This document shows, piece after piece, positions 46,040 through 56,502 of a DNA stretch of 64,000 nt. The position numbers were made by a program, and so were the translations under genes. Source of the DNA: Minisyncoccota bacterium. GTDB taxonomy: Bacteria; Patescibacteriota; Minisyncoccia; Phycocordibacterales; JBAYGS01. The notes beneath the pieces were generated by a model. That model had not been told where the DNA came from. It made no database searches and saw only the letters and a list, made by a program, of their open reading frames with translations. Location of the stretch: NCBI GenBank assembly GCA_041666545.1, contig JBAYGS010000004.1, positions 8,610 through 72,609 on the forward strand, read 5' to 3'. Position 1 is the first letter of the stretch. The number at the start of each line of letters is the position of its first letter.

Positions 46040-47245
46040 TTGTCTCGGCCAAGTATGATTAAAAAAAAGATACTAATGATTGCGCCAACTCCGTTTTATT
46101 CCAATCGGGGCTGTCACATGAGAATTTTTGAAGAGGCCAGGTGGTTATCAAAGGATCATTATTTGGTCAAAATTGTCACTTACCAGGTTGGCGACAATCC
46201 GGAAGGTTTTGATGTTGAGCGGATTCCCGACTGGTTTTTTTGGAGTCGGGTCGGTCTTAAGGCTAACCAGCCGACTTGGCATAAAATTTATTTAGATTTT
46301 TTTCTTTTGCTTAAGACCTTTGTCGTGGCGATCAAATTTCGTCCGGCGGTCCTGCATTGTCACCTGCATGAAGGCGCGCTAATCGGCCTTCTCGTCGGTC
46401 CTTTATTGGGAGCCAAAGTGATTTTTGATAGCCAGGGCGGTTTGACTGACGAATTGTCGAGATTCAAGATGATTGAAAAAGGTTCCCTCCTTTATGGCAT
46501 TTTTCTATTGATCGAAAAAGCGATTTACCGCCTCGTGCCAACTATCGTGGCGAGTAATGAGAGTAACTATGCGATGTTGCGTGATTTGTTCAAGGTTCCG
46601 GAGACCAAATTAAGACTGGTGCCTGACGCCATTAGTTTCGATATCAAGACAGATCCAAAAGTGACCGAAACCTTAAGGAAGGAAATGAAAATCCCGTCTG
46701 ATCGAAAAGTTATCGTCTATCTCGGCAGTTATACCGAAGTACAAAATGTTGAAGCGGTTTTGAAACTGGCGGAAGTTATGAAAAGTAAACGACAAGATAT
46801 TTTTTGGGTCTTGCGAGGTAATGGCGATGTGGCCCATTATCAAAATTTGGTTCAAACGCTAAAATTGTCCGACCGGGTGTACTTAGGTGACGTGATTCCT
46901 TATTTGGATTCACAAAGCTACTTGGCTTTGGGTGACTTTGCTATTACTTTGAAACTCCGCACCACCGAAAGTAATGGCAAGTTACTAAGTTATGCTTTGG
47001 CCAGGTTGCCGATAATTGCTCTAGATCATCAGTCCAATCGATCTTTAATTGGCGATTCGGCCTGTTATCTGGGAGGGGACGGTGACTATGAGGCCTGGTC
47101 AAGTAAGTTATCAAAGTATCTGGATTTGCCGAAATCGACGCACGAGGAAACGGCTCGGCAATTAGAAAAAAAGATCAAGGCCTGTTATGCTTGGGAAAGC
47201 ATTATTAAAAAATTAGAATCGATTTATGACGGAGACAATATCTAA
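46040..47245 (+). CDS. Glycosyltransferase (GT4-like)
   Basis: 401 aa GT-B fold. MIAPTPFYSNRGCHMRIFEEARWL N-terminus. Confidence 0.55.
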   Translation: MSRPSMIKKKILMIAPTPFYSNRGCHMRIFEEARWLSKDHYLVKIVTYQVGDNPEGFDVERIPDWFFWSRVGLKANQPTWHKIYLDFFLLLKTFVVAIKFRPAVLHCHLHEGALIGLLVGPLLGAKVIFDSQGGLTDELSRFKMIEKGSLLYGIFLLIEKAIYRLVPTIVASNESNYAMLRDLFKVPETKLRLVPDAISFDIKTDPKVTETLRKEMKIPSDRKVIVYLGSYTEVQNVEAVLKLAEVMKSKRQDIFWVLRGNGDVAHYQNLVQTLKLSDRVYLGDVIPYLDSQSYLALGDFAITLKLRTTESNGKLLSYALARLPIIALDHQSNRSLIGDSACYLGGDGDYEAWSSKLSKYLDLPKSTHEETARQLEKKIKACYAWESIIKKLESIYDGDNI

Positions 47246-48140
47246 CTGTCCGCTTTGCAACAGTGTGAATTATCGGGAGGTTATTAGTTTGCCTGAAATC
47301 GGCGGTTCTGGACCGGAAGTTTTTACTTTCAGACGCTGTCTTAATTGTGGTGTGATGTTTCTGGCGGTGCGACCGCCGGCCTCTGAAATGGCGAGATATT
47401 ACCGAGACGATTATGAGCCGTATCAAAACACTTACCATCCGATTGCCGAGGCTTTTGTCGGTTGGCGAACCAAAAAAGAGGGGAAGATGCTTCTAAAATA
47501 TTGTCCGTCGGCCAAAGACTTGCTCGATGTTGGAGCCTCTTGGGGCAAATACATTAAGGCGATGCGCGACCGCCTCAATTTTAAGGTGGTTGGAGTTGAA
47601 CCTAATTCGGCCATGTGTGCCGAGGGGAAGCGCCGGGGATTGGATCTGCGAGCAGGTGAACTGCTGGCTCAAAAATTTCCCGATCAGTCGTTTGATATTT
47701 TGGTGATGAATCACGTAATTGAACACCTTTCCAGCCCGAGAAAAGAAGTCAGAGAAATTTTTAGAATCTTGAGGCCGGGCGGTCTGGCGTTGCTAAGAAC
47801 GCCAAATGAAGATACTCCCGAAAGGCATTTTTTTGGCCGAGCTTGGTTGGCTTATGAATTTCCACGCCATCTGATCTTGTTTAATCGCGAGACCCTGAGT
47901 CGACTTTTGGAAAAGGAGGGCTTTGAGGTGATAAAAGTCTGGTTTGAAAAAACACCCAACGATATTATTCTCTCGATAAAAAATTTCGGTCAACTCAAAA
48001 AGTGGCCACTAAAACTGACCAAGTTTTTTGACATCAATAATCTCTTTCTGCTTTGCCTGTTCCAGCCGATTGCACTTTTGTCTGGGCTATTTTCTAAAAC
48101 CGGTCGCATGGTTATTTTGGCTAAAAAAAAGAGCCGATGA
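47226..48140 (+). CDS. Class I SAM-dependent methyltransferase with N-terminal Cys4 zinc-ribbon
   Basis: CPLCNS...CLNCG. LLDVGASWGKYIKAM. FDILVMNHVIEHLSSP. Confidence 0.7.
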   Translation: MTETISNCPLCNSVNYREVISLPEIGGSGPEVFTFRRCLNCGVMFLAVRPPASEMARYYRDDYEPYQNTYHPIAEAFVGWRTKKEGKMLLKYCPSAKDLLDVGASWGKYIKAMRDRLNFKVVGVEPNSAMCAEGKRRGLDLRAGELLAQKFPDQSFDILVMNHVIEHLSSPRKEVREIFRILRPGGLALLRTPNEDTPERHFFGRAWLAYEFPRHLILFNRETLSRLLEKEGFEVIKVWFEKTPNDIILSIKNFGQLKKWPLKLTKFFDINNLFLLCLFQPIALLSGLFSKTGRMVILAKKKSR

Positions 48141-49132
48141 AACAAAAACTAAAACAAAATTTAATCTTTCTGGCAAAATTTGCTGCTAGTATTTTGTTGA
48201 TCAATTTTCTACTGACCAAAATCGATTACCAGTCGGTTCTGGCGGTTCTTGGCGAACTTAAATGGGGTTACTTTGCAGTTGCGGTCCTGATTTCATTTGT
48301 GGCGCTCTTTATCAATGCCTACAAATGGCGGATTTTGCTTACGCCAATCATTAGCACCGTGTCGGTTATAAAATTATTCGAGCTCAACCTCATTGGACTA
48401 TTTTACGGTAATTTCTTGCCGGGTGGACAATTGACCGGGGAAGTGGTTAAGACTTACCGGGTTTTGCCTTTGTTATCGGAAAAATACAAAATTGTCTTTT
48501 CGGTTTTCTTTGATCGAGTCACCGGTTTTATCGCACTCTCAATTCTTGGCGCGGTGGTATTTCTGGTTGCCGGTCCAAATTTAGCGCGACCCAACGCAAT
48601 CGAATGGTCTTTTGCTATCTTGTTTTTGATCTCGGTAGTCTCAGTCCTGCTTTTTAACAAGAAATTTTTCAGCCTAATGGTTAAGGTCGGCTCGCTTTTG
48701 ATTCCGGCTCAAGGTTGGCCTGACCGGATTTTCAAAAATTTGGTCAGTGGTTTTAATCTTTATCTTGGCGACTATAGGCTCATCGGGAAGTCGATCATGG
48801 TCGGCGTTGTCTTTCAATTTGTAAACTTTCTATCACTTTATTTTGTTTCCTTGGCTTTAAACCTGCCGATTGGTCTCACTAATATTATTTGGGTCTATGC
48901 TCTAGTCAGTGTCATCTTGTTTATCCCGATTAGTATTATGGGGCTTGGTCAAAGGGAAATCAGCTTCGTCTATCTGCTAGGGCTTATCGGTGTTTCTGAG
49001 ACGCACGCGGTCAGCTTGTCACTTGGTGTTTTTGTGAGTATCTTGGCCGGTGCGTTAGTTGGCGGTTTGCTTGAATTGGCTTATTTTCTTAGAAATCGCC
49101 AGAGAGGGTCTCAGGATAAAAGCGTTGTTTAA
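48137..49132 (+). CDS. Flippase-like membrane protein (lysylphosphatidylglycerol-synthase TM-region family, UPF0104)
   Basis: 331 aa, ~8 TM. N-terminal KIDYQSVLAVLGELKWGYFAVAVLISFVALFINAYKWRILL is typical of PF03706. Confidence 0.5.
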   Translation: MKQKLKQNLIFLAKFAASILLINFLLTKIDYQSVLAVLGELKWGYFAVAVLISFVALFINAYKWRILLTPIISTVSVIKLFELNLIGLFYGNFLPGGQLTGEVVKTYRVLPLLSEKYKIVFSVFFDRVTGFIALSILGAVVFLVAGPNLARPNAIEWSFAILFLISVVSVLLFNKKFFSLMVKVGSLLIPAQGWPDRIFKNLVSGFNLYLGDYRLIGKSIMVGVVFQFVNFLSLYFVSLALNLPIGLTNIIWVYALVSVILFIPISIMGLGQREISFVYLLGLIGVSETHAVSLSLGVFVSILAGALVGGLLELAYFLRNRQRGSQDKSVV

Positions 49133-49171
49133 AGGAACTTTTAGTTGAGATATAATTCTAAATTAATAATT

Positions 49172-51052
49172 ATGTGCGGCATAACTGGCTTCTATGGACA
49201 AGGTTCAAAGGCTGATCTTCAGGCGATGAATGACACGCTTATTCATCGTGGTCCGGACTCGGAAGGACTGTATTTCGAAAATGGCAAAATCGGTCTCGGT
49301 TTCAGACGGTTGGCCATTATTGACGTCCGCGGTGGCAATCAGCCGATTTGGAACGAGACGAAAGATGTAGCGGTTATTTTTAATGGTGAAATTTATAATT
49401 TCCAAGATTTACGCAACGACTTGGAGAAGCGTCATCGCTTTGTGACCAAAACTGACACGGAAGTTATCATCCACCTTTATGAGGAAGTCGGGGAAAAGTG
49501 TTTTGAGAGGCTAAATGGCATGTTTGCCATTGCCGTCTATGATTTAAAGAAAAATAAGTTGGTGATCGCCCGTGATCGATTCGGCAAAAAACCGCTTTAT
49601 TATGCCGAACGAGAGGGGACGGTAATTTTCGGTTCTGAGCTCAAGGCTCTTCTCAAGCACCCACTGATCAGAAATCCCAAACTCGACGCCACTTCGCTTA
49701 ATCTGTATTTGACGCACGAGTTTGTGCCGTCGCCGAGAACCATCTATCAGAATATTTTTAAAGTTGAGCCCGGAACGGCGATTTCCTTCGACCGATCAGG
49801 TAAATGGGAATTGCAATTTTATTTTTTAAAGTACAATAAAGATGAGCCGCGTTTGAGCGAAACGGAATATTTGGAAAAGTTGGATTTTTTGCTCGGTGAT
49901 GCGGTCAAAAAGCGTTTAGTTTCGGATGTGTCGCTCGGAATATTTTTAAGCGGTGGACTTGATTCTGGCGCTGTAGCGCATTATGCGATGAAGTTTGGCA
50001 GCCAGCAGGCGCGAACTTTTTCGATCGGTTTTGATGATAAATCTTTCGACGAATCGGAGTGGAGTAGCCTGACCGCCGATTATCTCGGAACTTTGCATCA
50101 GAACAAAAATTTTTCGGCCAAGGAGATGCAGGACCTGATTCCGCAGGTTGCCAAATTGATTGATGAACCGGTCTCCGATGCGGCGCTCTTTCCCAATTAT
50201 CTCTTGTCGAAATTTGCCAGAGAAAATGTGACAGTTGCTCTCGCCGGTGACGGGGGTGATGAAATATTTTTCGGTTACCCGACTTTTCAATCGGCCAAGA
50301 TTTCTGATTGGTTTAGAAAGATTCCGGAGAGTTTAAGGCGGTCGCTTTTGGAACCGACGGTCGGCCTGCTTCCGACTTCCTTCAATAATATTACTTTAGA
50401 CTATAAACTGAAGCGTTTTTTCACGGGTCTTCATTACCCAAAAAAGTATGAGCAGCTGATTTGGGTCGGTTCGTTTACACCCGAAGAGAAGCGGGGATTG
50501 TTGCACGAAGATTTTCTGAGTCAAATCGAACCCGGCTCAGAGTTTTCCTTCGTCGATAAGTATCGAGATCCGATTAAAGGAGCCGGTGAACTCGATCAGG
50601 TTGGAGATTTTTATTTGAGGACTTATTTGGCTGATGGGGTTTTGGCGATTAAAGATCGGGCGAGCATGATGGCATCTCTCGAGCTTCGCGCGCCGTTCCT
50701 CGACTACCGGCTGGTTGATTTTGCCGCTTCGCTACCGACAGATTTGAAAATGAAGGGTTTCAATACTAAGTATCTCTTGAAGAAACTGATGGAAGGTAAG
50801 TTGCCCGATGAGGTGGTTTATCGACCCAAAAAAGGCTTTGGCATCCCGATTGCCAAATGGCTTCGAGGCGAGCTGAAAGATTTTATGCTCGAGACTTTGA
50901 GTGAGGAGTCAATTAACGAAGGAAAAATTTTCAACTATAGTTTCATAAAAAAACTAATAGACGATCATTTATCCGGCAAGAAAGATAACCGTAAATTACT
51001 TTGGACACTGTTGGTTTTTGAGTTGTGGCGTAAAGAGTGGCTCAAAGCTTAA
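49172..51052 (+). CDS. asnB: Asparagine synthase (glutamine-hydrolysing)-family amidotransferase
   Basis: MCGITGFYGQ (N-terminal nucleophile Cys2). SGGLDSGAVAHY PP-loop. Start at ATG 49172. Confidence 0.85.
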   Translation: MCGITGFYGQGSKADLQAMNDTLIHRGPDSEGLYFENGKIGLGFRRLAIIDVRGGNQPIWNETKDVAVIFNGEIYNFQDLRNDLEKRHRFVTKTDTEVIIHLYEEVGEKCFERLNGMFAIAVYDLKKNKLVIARDRFGKKPLYYAEREGTVIFGSELKALLKHPLIRNPKLDATSLNLYLTHEFVPSPRTIYQNIFKVEPGTAISFDRSGKWELQFYFLKYNKDEPRLSETEYLEKLDFLLGDAVKKRLVSDVSLGIFLSGGLDSGAVAHYAMKFGSQQARTFSIGFDDKSFDESEWSSLTADYLGTLHQNKNFSAKEMQDLIPQVAKLIDEPVSDAALFPNYLLSKFARENVTVALAGDGGDEIFFGYPTFQSAKISDWFRKIPESLRRSLLEPTVGLLPTSFNNITLDYKLKRFFTGLHYPKKYEQLIWVGSFTPEEKRGLLHEDFLSQIEPGSEFSFVDKYRDPIKGAGELDQVGDFYLRTYLADGVLAIKDRASMMASLELRAPFLDYRLVDFAASLPTDLKMKGFNTKYLLKKLMEGKLPDEVVYRPKKGFGIPIAKWLRGELKDFMLETLSEESINEGKIFNYSFIKKLIDDHLSGKKDNRKLLWTLLVFELWRKEWLKA

Positions 51053-53043
51053 TTGCTTTGCTCCAGTTGGTAGATCTGAATGCCGTCTGCGTCGTAAACT
51101 ATCTTTAGGCTGAGCCGTTTATCCAGGCTTACTGATAGAGCCTTTTCCCGTGGCCCGAGATAGAGATAATCGACTCGGTATGATTTGGCCTGTCGCATAA
51201 TCACGTCCGGGTTATAATCCTGATCGATTTTATCGATGTCATTGGTCGGGATAGTAATGGCGTTAAATCCTCCGTTGGTGAAAATTGATCCGCCTTCAGT
51301 CGCCCTGTATTTGTCACCAAAAAGATAAGAGATGCCGGCTTCGTCATATTTTGTTGGTTGATGATCGGGGAAATAATTCGCTCTAAGCTGACTTTTCGAA
51401 ATTCCAAAGAGAGCATTGGTCAAGTAAAATCTGTCCAAGATTTCTTTAATCGGGGACGTCGTGAGCAGGCAGTTTGGTTGCAAGATTTTGTTCGTCCCGA
51501 AGTTCATGATATAGGTGTTGGTCATAAAAGACGGTGAAGCGACTACGGCCGAACGGTCGGTATTTTTAGAAAGCCAGTCGATGGCTTTTATCTCTGAAGT
51601 TGCAACATCGGTCGTAAGATTGTCCAAGTAAAATTGTCTTTGAATTAAGGAGGCCTTTAGAAAAATCGCCAGAGTCGCCACAATCAAAAACCAGCCGACG
51701 ATTTTGTCGAGAGAGACCCCAAAATATTTTCGGAGGAGATACAGGGCGATTGTTAATACCGGCAAGCCGATGGCAATCACGAAGGCCTGAATCTTGACTC
51801 CTAGGTCAGAAGTGCCGCTAGCTTTCCAGATCAAGATGGTGGCAATTATGATTGCGGTGCCTAAAATTTTAGTGAAACTGAAGACCGGATTCCAAATGAA
51901 AGATCTGTATTTGCGAGCGAATAAAATGGAAAGGGACAGTAGAGTAATCGAGATTATTACCTGTTCCGGTTTGATCCAGTGGTCCGGTTGAGGATTGAAG
52001 CCTGTAATTATTTGAATGTTGTAAACTATAAAGACCGGCAAAAGCAAACTGGCGAAAAAAATTCCGGTTTTAAAACTGCCGCCGATTTTTTTCCAACTGA
52101 AGTAAGAGATGAGTGCCAGCAAGCCCTGCTGAGCATAGAAAAACAAAACTCGCGGGTAAAGGAAGAATTCTTTAGAGTGTTCCGGACCCAGCCTTGAGAC
52201 GACATCTTGATATGTTGGTAGCCTTGTAAGTCGCCAAAAGTTTAGCCAGTAGAATATTGAGATGATTGTGCCGGTTGTGGCGGCGTAAAAAAGTTTTTTG
52301 GCTAAAGCGAACTCCTTCTTGGCTAAAAGAATTACTAAGGCAAAAAATATTCCTAGCGCTGCGTAGACGTAATAGTAAAAGTAGACATAAAACAAAAGAC
52401 CGAAGGTGATACCAAGCAGAACCACTATTAGTTTTTCGCCGTTTCTCTTCAGAAATCTGACGAAAAAATATAGAAAAGCTGAAAAGAATGGCAAGGTTAA
52501 TTGCGGGTCTTCAAATCTATCAAGAGGCAAGCGGCCGGGGATATTGGAGATTTGATTCCAAAACCAAGACAAGTAGTATTCGTTATAGGGTGGGAAAAAG
52601 GCCAGATATCGAGGTAAAACGCACATGATGGCGGCGCCGAATATTGAATATAGTTTCGATTTTGTAATCTCAAAAAGTATCACATAGAATATGAAAAAGA
52701 TAATCGCCGGGAAGATAAAATCACTGGCGGTAAATCCGAAATCAATTCGGTTGAATAATTTAGAAATGTAGCCGACAATGATGTGTGGCAAGGGCGGCAT
52801 AAAAGTCGGCGAATCGGTATGTTCGTAAGTCGCCGCATCGCCGGTTGGATAGCCGTTAAAAAAGACTTCGCGCACCCTTGGGGTCGTGAAGTGCCTTTCA
52901 TCAAGATTGATGGTGGTTGGTATGTACCGGCTACCTGAAGTTGCGTAGTCGCGGTATAAAACTAGATTAGGTAAGACTTGGATTACACCAAGCGCGATGG
53001 CCAGAATTATCGCTATCCGGTGTCTTTTTAAGTATGCGCGCAT
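51049..53043 (-). CDS. Large polytopic membrane protein (664 aa), possible GT-C-like glycosyltransferase; hypothetical
   Basis: >12 predicted TM helices with a C-terminal soluble domain. Convergent with asnB, sharing overlapping stop codons. Confidence 0.35.
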   Translation of the reverse strand: MRAYLKRHRIAIILAIALGVIQVLPNLVLYRDYATSGSRYIPTTINLDERHFTTPRVREVFFNGYPTGDAATYEHTDSPTFMPPLPHIIVGYISKLFNRIDFGFTASDFIFPAIIFFIFYVILFEITKSKLYSIFGAAIMCVLPRYLAFFPPYNEYYLSWFWNQISNIPGRLPLDRFEDPQLTLPFFSAFLYFFVRFLKRNGEKLIVVLLGITFGLLFYVYFYYYVYAALGIFFALVILLAKKEFALAKKLFYAATTGTIISIFYWLNFWRLTRLPTYQDVVSRLGPEHSKEFFLYPRVLFFYAQQGLLALISYFSWKKIGGSFKTGIFFASLLLPVFIVYNIQIITGFNPQPDHWIKPEQVIISITLLSLSILFARKYRSFIWNPVFSFTKILGTAIIIATILIWKASGTSDLGVKIQAFVIAIGLPVLTIALYLLRKYFGVSLDKIVGWFLIVATLAIFLKASLIQRQFYLDNLTTDVATSEIKAIDWLSKNTDRSAVVASPSFMTNTYIMNFGTNKILQPNCLLTTSPIKEILDRFYLTNALFGISKSQLRANYFPDHQPTKYDEAGISYLFGDKYRATEGGSIFTNGGFNAITIPTNDIDKIDQDYNPDVIMRQAKSYRVDYLYLGPREKALSVSLDKRLSLKIVYDADGIQIYQLEQSN

Positions 53044-53264
53044 GGCTTTCGGTCTTTAATTAAACAATGCAAAGTATATCAGGGTTTAAAGGTAATGGTA
53101 ATGGTAGACGGGTACTCGGCCGAGCGGTCGTTTTTGGTCGATACTTAACTAAATGGATTTGGAGTTTGGTGCATGCTACACTATTACATCAAAGAGCGGA
53201 CTGTTTTATCTTAAGTGTTTAGATTTTTTACTAATTTAGCTTAGCTCGTAAGTGTGAATCCCAA

Positions 53265-54008
53265 ATGGATATAGGCCTATACCGAGAATTTGATAAAATT
53301 GGCAATGACAATTGGTGGTATGCCGGCCGGAGAAAAATTATTTCCACGATTCTTCACCCTTTTTTAATTCCAGGAGATCTGTCCAAAAAGCGAGTCTTGT
53401 CTGTCGGCTGCGGGACCGGCCAAGAGTTGGATTTTCTCGGTCGCTATGGTTCAGTCGCGGGAGTCGATAAGAGCGAGGAGGCAATTTATTTTTGCCGGAA
53501 AAATAATCCCAAAAGTTTGGTGGCAGTCGCCGATGCCGAAAAGCTGCCTTTTCCAGATAAAGTTTTCGCCCTGGTTTTCATCTTAGATGTAATTGAACAC
53601 GTCGATAACCCCAACGCGGTTTTAAATGAGATTGACCGAGTCCTCAAAGATGATGGTACGGTTGTTTTGACTGTGCCGGCTTATAATTTTCTCTGGAGCA
53701 AAAGCGATGAAAGGTCACATCATAAATGTCGATTCACTGCAGGGCGGTTGCGAGATTTGGTCAGTCAACGGTTTGAGGTTAAAAGACTGACTTATTTTAA
53801 TACCATATTTTTCCCGGCAATTGCATTGATTAAAATTGCTTTAGGAGTATTTGAGCCCAAGGGCCTTTCCCAATACGAAGTTTCGAACCCACCAAAGCTG
53901 CTCAATGAGATCTTGAAAAAGGTGTTCTTGTCCGAAGCTTTTCTCTTGAGGTATTTCCGACTGCCTTTCGGGGTTTCGATCGGTACCGTCCTGGTTAAGA
54001 AAAGATAG
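53265..54008 (+). CDS. Class I SAM-dependent methyltransferase
   Basis: RVLSVGCGTGQELDFL. FALVFILDVIEHVDNP. Confidence 0.8.
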   Translation: MDIGLYREFDKIGNDNWWYAGRRKIISTILHPFLIPGDLSKKRVLSVGCGTGQELDFLGRYGSVAGVDKSEEAIYFCRKNNPKSLVAVADAEKLPFPDKVFALVFILDVIEHVDNPNAVLNEIDRVLKDDGTVVLTVPAYNFLWSKSDERSHHKCRFTAGRLRDLVSQRFEVKRLTYFNTIFFPAIALIKIALGVFEPKGLSQYEVSNPPKLLNEILKKVFLSEAFLLRYFRLPFGVSIGTVLVKKR

Positions 54009-54143
54009 GTCAATTAGTCCCGGTGTAATATCCAACAAGAGATGCTTGTTATCATTTTAACCACGTGAGCTGCCAATTTAGGCGGTTACTATAATTGTTG
54101 CTATAATTTGTTCTCAAACGGGAGTTTAAGTTAAACCGATTAA

Positions 54144-55535
54144 ATGGCCAATCCTTCAGTGCCAGATAACATCAGTATTCCAAAAGCCTTTGTGACCGGC
54201 GAGGTTCAGATGGGCTTTTGGAGTTATGTCAAAAAAGGGGTAAGTGCCGCCGATTCTTTTTTTGTACTCCGGGCGTTGTCGATTTATCAGTACGGCGTTT
54301 ATCAGTTGCTTTTGACTTCCTACGCGATACTTTCCGATGTCTTTCTAGATTTGTTCGCCACAGTTTCCGGCAACGATGTCATCCTTTTGGTTGGACAAGG
54401 TAAGGAGGCTCAAGCTAAGAAACTTTATTTTGAGTATGCCAGATTCCGTCTCTTGATGGCGCTTATCCCTTTTCTCGGCATCTTTTTCTTTGCGCCAATC
54501 TTCTTTACCCGCTATGGGCCGGAAGCCATAGTTTGGATCAGGATTCTCTCTTTGCTTTTTATCGTCGACGCCGCTTCAAATTTATTCCGACTGGCCCTAA
54601 ATTTGCGATTGGATTTTAAAACTTTGGCGATTATGCCGACTACGCAAAAGTCGATACAGCTTGTATTTCTGGTTTATTTTTACTTTTTCTCAAACCTATC
54701 TCTTACCAATGTGATTTTTTCGCTAGTGGCGGCCCCGATCATATCTATTTTGGTATTTTCACCGGCTTTGCGCCGAGCGTTTGCACCGTGGCGCCACTTA
54801 ACTCCTGATCCGGGACAAATGTTTGTACCAGTCATCCGGACCTACGGTTTCTGGGAAGTTCCACAGCTGCTTTTTAAAGGTTTGACCGGCAAAGTAAGCC
54901 CATTTGTCATTAAGCTCTTCTTGAACACTGAGGCAGTCGGCATCTTCGGTGTTGCCAATACGGCTATTTCGATTCTCAAGGACTTGCTGCCAATCAGAAC
55001 TTTGACGACTCTCATTCCGCGCAAGGCGGCCGATCGGAAGTATTCTGATTATTTGTTTCGGCATGGGACCAAGCACTACACTCTGATGTCGCTCGTCGTC
55101 AGTGTGGCGGGACTGATTTTTTATCCCGTCGCAATTTATTTGTTTTTCCCAAAATTCAGCGCCTCAATTCCGATTTTCTCAGTTTTGATTTTGGGCGTGC
55201 CAATTTTTGCTTTCGTTAAACTCTTGGCCGTTTTCCTGGTGGCAAAACGCCGACAGCGCTTCATTTTCTATCAGATGATTTTTGACAATGTCGTCGGAAT
55301 CAGCTTGATGCTCCTCTTCCTGCCTTTTTGGGGGCTTATGGGCATGGCGGTAGCTTCAGTCTCGGCCGACTTTATCACCGATGCTGGCCGGTTCATCTAT
55401 CTGGTTAAAACCGGTTTTGTCAGACCATTTTCTTTTCGTACCCTGTTCCGTTGGACCGAGGAGGACAGTAAAATTTATCAAAATGTGTGGCGGCACTTTC
55501 GACAGGCTTTCCTCGACAAGATTTCCGGGGTTTGA
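54144..55535 (+). CDS. Polysaccharide/oligosaccharide flippase (Wzx-like, MOP superfamily)
   Basis: 463 aa, ~12-14 TM. Positioned in the glycan cluster. Confidence 0.5.
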   Translation: MANPSVPDNISIPKAFVTGEVQMGFWSYVKKGVSAADSFFVLRALSIYQYGVYQLLLTSYAILSDVFLDLFATVSGNDVILLVGQGKEAQAKKLYFEYARFRLLMALIPFLGIFFFAPIFFTRYGPEAIVWIRILSLLFIVDAASNLFRLALNLRLDFKTLAIMPTTQKSIQLVFLVYFYFFSNLSLTNVIFSLVAAPIISILVFSPALRRAFAPWRHLTPDPGQMFVPVIRTYGFWEVPQLLFKGLTGKVSPFVIKLFLNTEAVGIFGVANTAISILKDLLPIRTLTTLIPRKAADRKYSDYLFRHGTKHYTLMSLVVSVAGLIFYPVAIYLFFPKFSASIPIFSVLILGVPIFAFVKLLAVFLVAKRRQRFIFYQMIFDNVVGISLMLLFLPFWGLMGMAVASVSADFITDAGRFIYLVKTGFVRPFSFRTLFRWTEEDSKIYQNVWRHFRQAFLDKISGV

Positions 55536-55621
55536 GGCCACTTGTAGTCGGGACCGTAAAATCGTATAGTGTAGCTTCGTTATATAATAATCATCACAAT
55601 TATAATTAGTACATAATTAAT

Positions 55622-56407
55622 ATGGCCAGAACGAATTCCAAATTAAAAAATTTTTACGACAAGGTCTACTTGAAAGGCGAGAAGAAACACTACAGCAAAC
55701 TGCTTTTGGGAGACAAGATTACCGAGGAGAAAAAGGCAATCCTTGGCGAGGTGTCTTGGTCAGGCAAGAAAGTGCTCGATGTTGGTTGCGGCACAGGGGA
55801 GCTGGCGTTTCTGGTTGCTAAGGAAGGGGCAGAGAAAGTAGTAGCGATCGATTATTCGGCATCGGCGATTGAAGTTGCCAACGCGAATTACCATTCTGAC
55901 AATTTAGCCTATCGTTGCGAGGATATTAATAAGATTTCCGGTTCTTTTGATGTCATAACAGTGGTTGGAGTCCTGGAGCACATTGATGATCCCTTGAAGC
56001 TCCTTAAAAAGCTCAAGAAGATGTTGGCACCGAAAGGCTCGATTATTGTCACTTGCCCGAACTGGTCAAATCCGAGGGGATATATTCTGCTCGCGCTCAA
56101 GGACCTTTTTGATGCCGAAATCACTCTGGCCGATATCCATTATTTTACTCCCGTTGAATTTGAGAAGTGGTCTAAGCTGCTTAAGATGTTTTTAAGCTGG
56201 AAGACCTTGGAGCATGACTGGGGTCATGGAAAAAAACTCATCAAAGATTTTACTCGGCGCCTGCCAAACGTGCTCAAACCTTTAAAAGGCGCCTCCAAAA
56301 CCGGCATTGATACATTTATCAAATGGTTGGATAGTCATGTGTCAGAACTCGAGGGTGAGTTGAAGCACAATGGAGCTACCGGCTTTTATCATTTCCGTCT
56401 GGACTAG
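55622..56407 (+). CDS. Class I SAM-dependent methyltransferase
   Basis: KVLDVGCGTGELAFLVAKEG. FDVITVVGVLEHIDDP. Confidence 0.8.
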   Translation: MARTNSKLKNFYDKVYLKGEKKHYSKLLLGDKITEEKKAILGEVSWSGKKVLDVGCGTGELAFLVAKEGAEKVVAIDYSASAIEVANANYHSDNLAYRCEDINKISGSFDVITVVGVLEHIDDPLKLLKKLKKMLAPKGSIIVTCPNWSNPRGYILLALKDLFDAEITLADIHYFTPVEFEKWSKLLKMFLSWKTLEHDWGHGKKLIKDFTRRLPNVLKPLKGASKTGIDTFIKWLDSHVSELEGELKHNGATGFYHFRLD

Positions 56408-56502
56408 TTTCTGTCAGAATGGCCGTATCGGAACGCTCGGCTGTGACAATTTGGGTGGAAATGCTGTTGTACAGATTGAACTAAGCTAACGCTAATTTAA
56501 CG

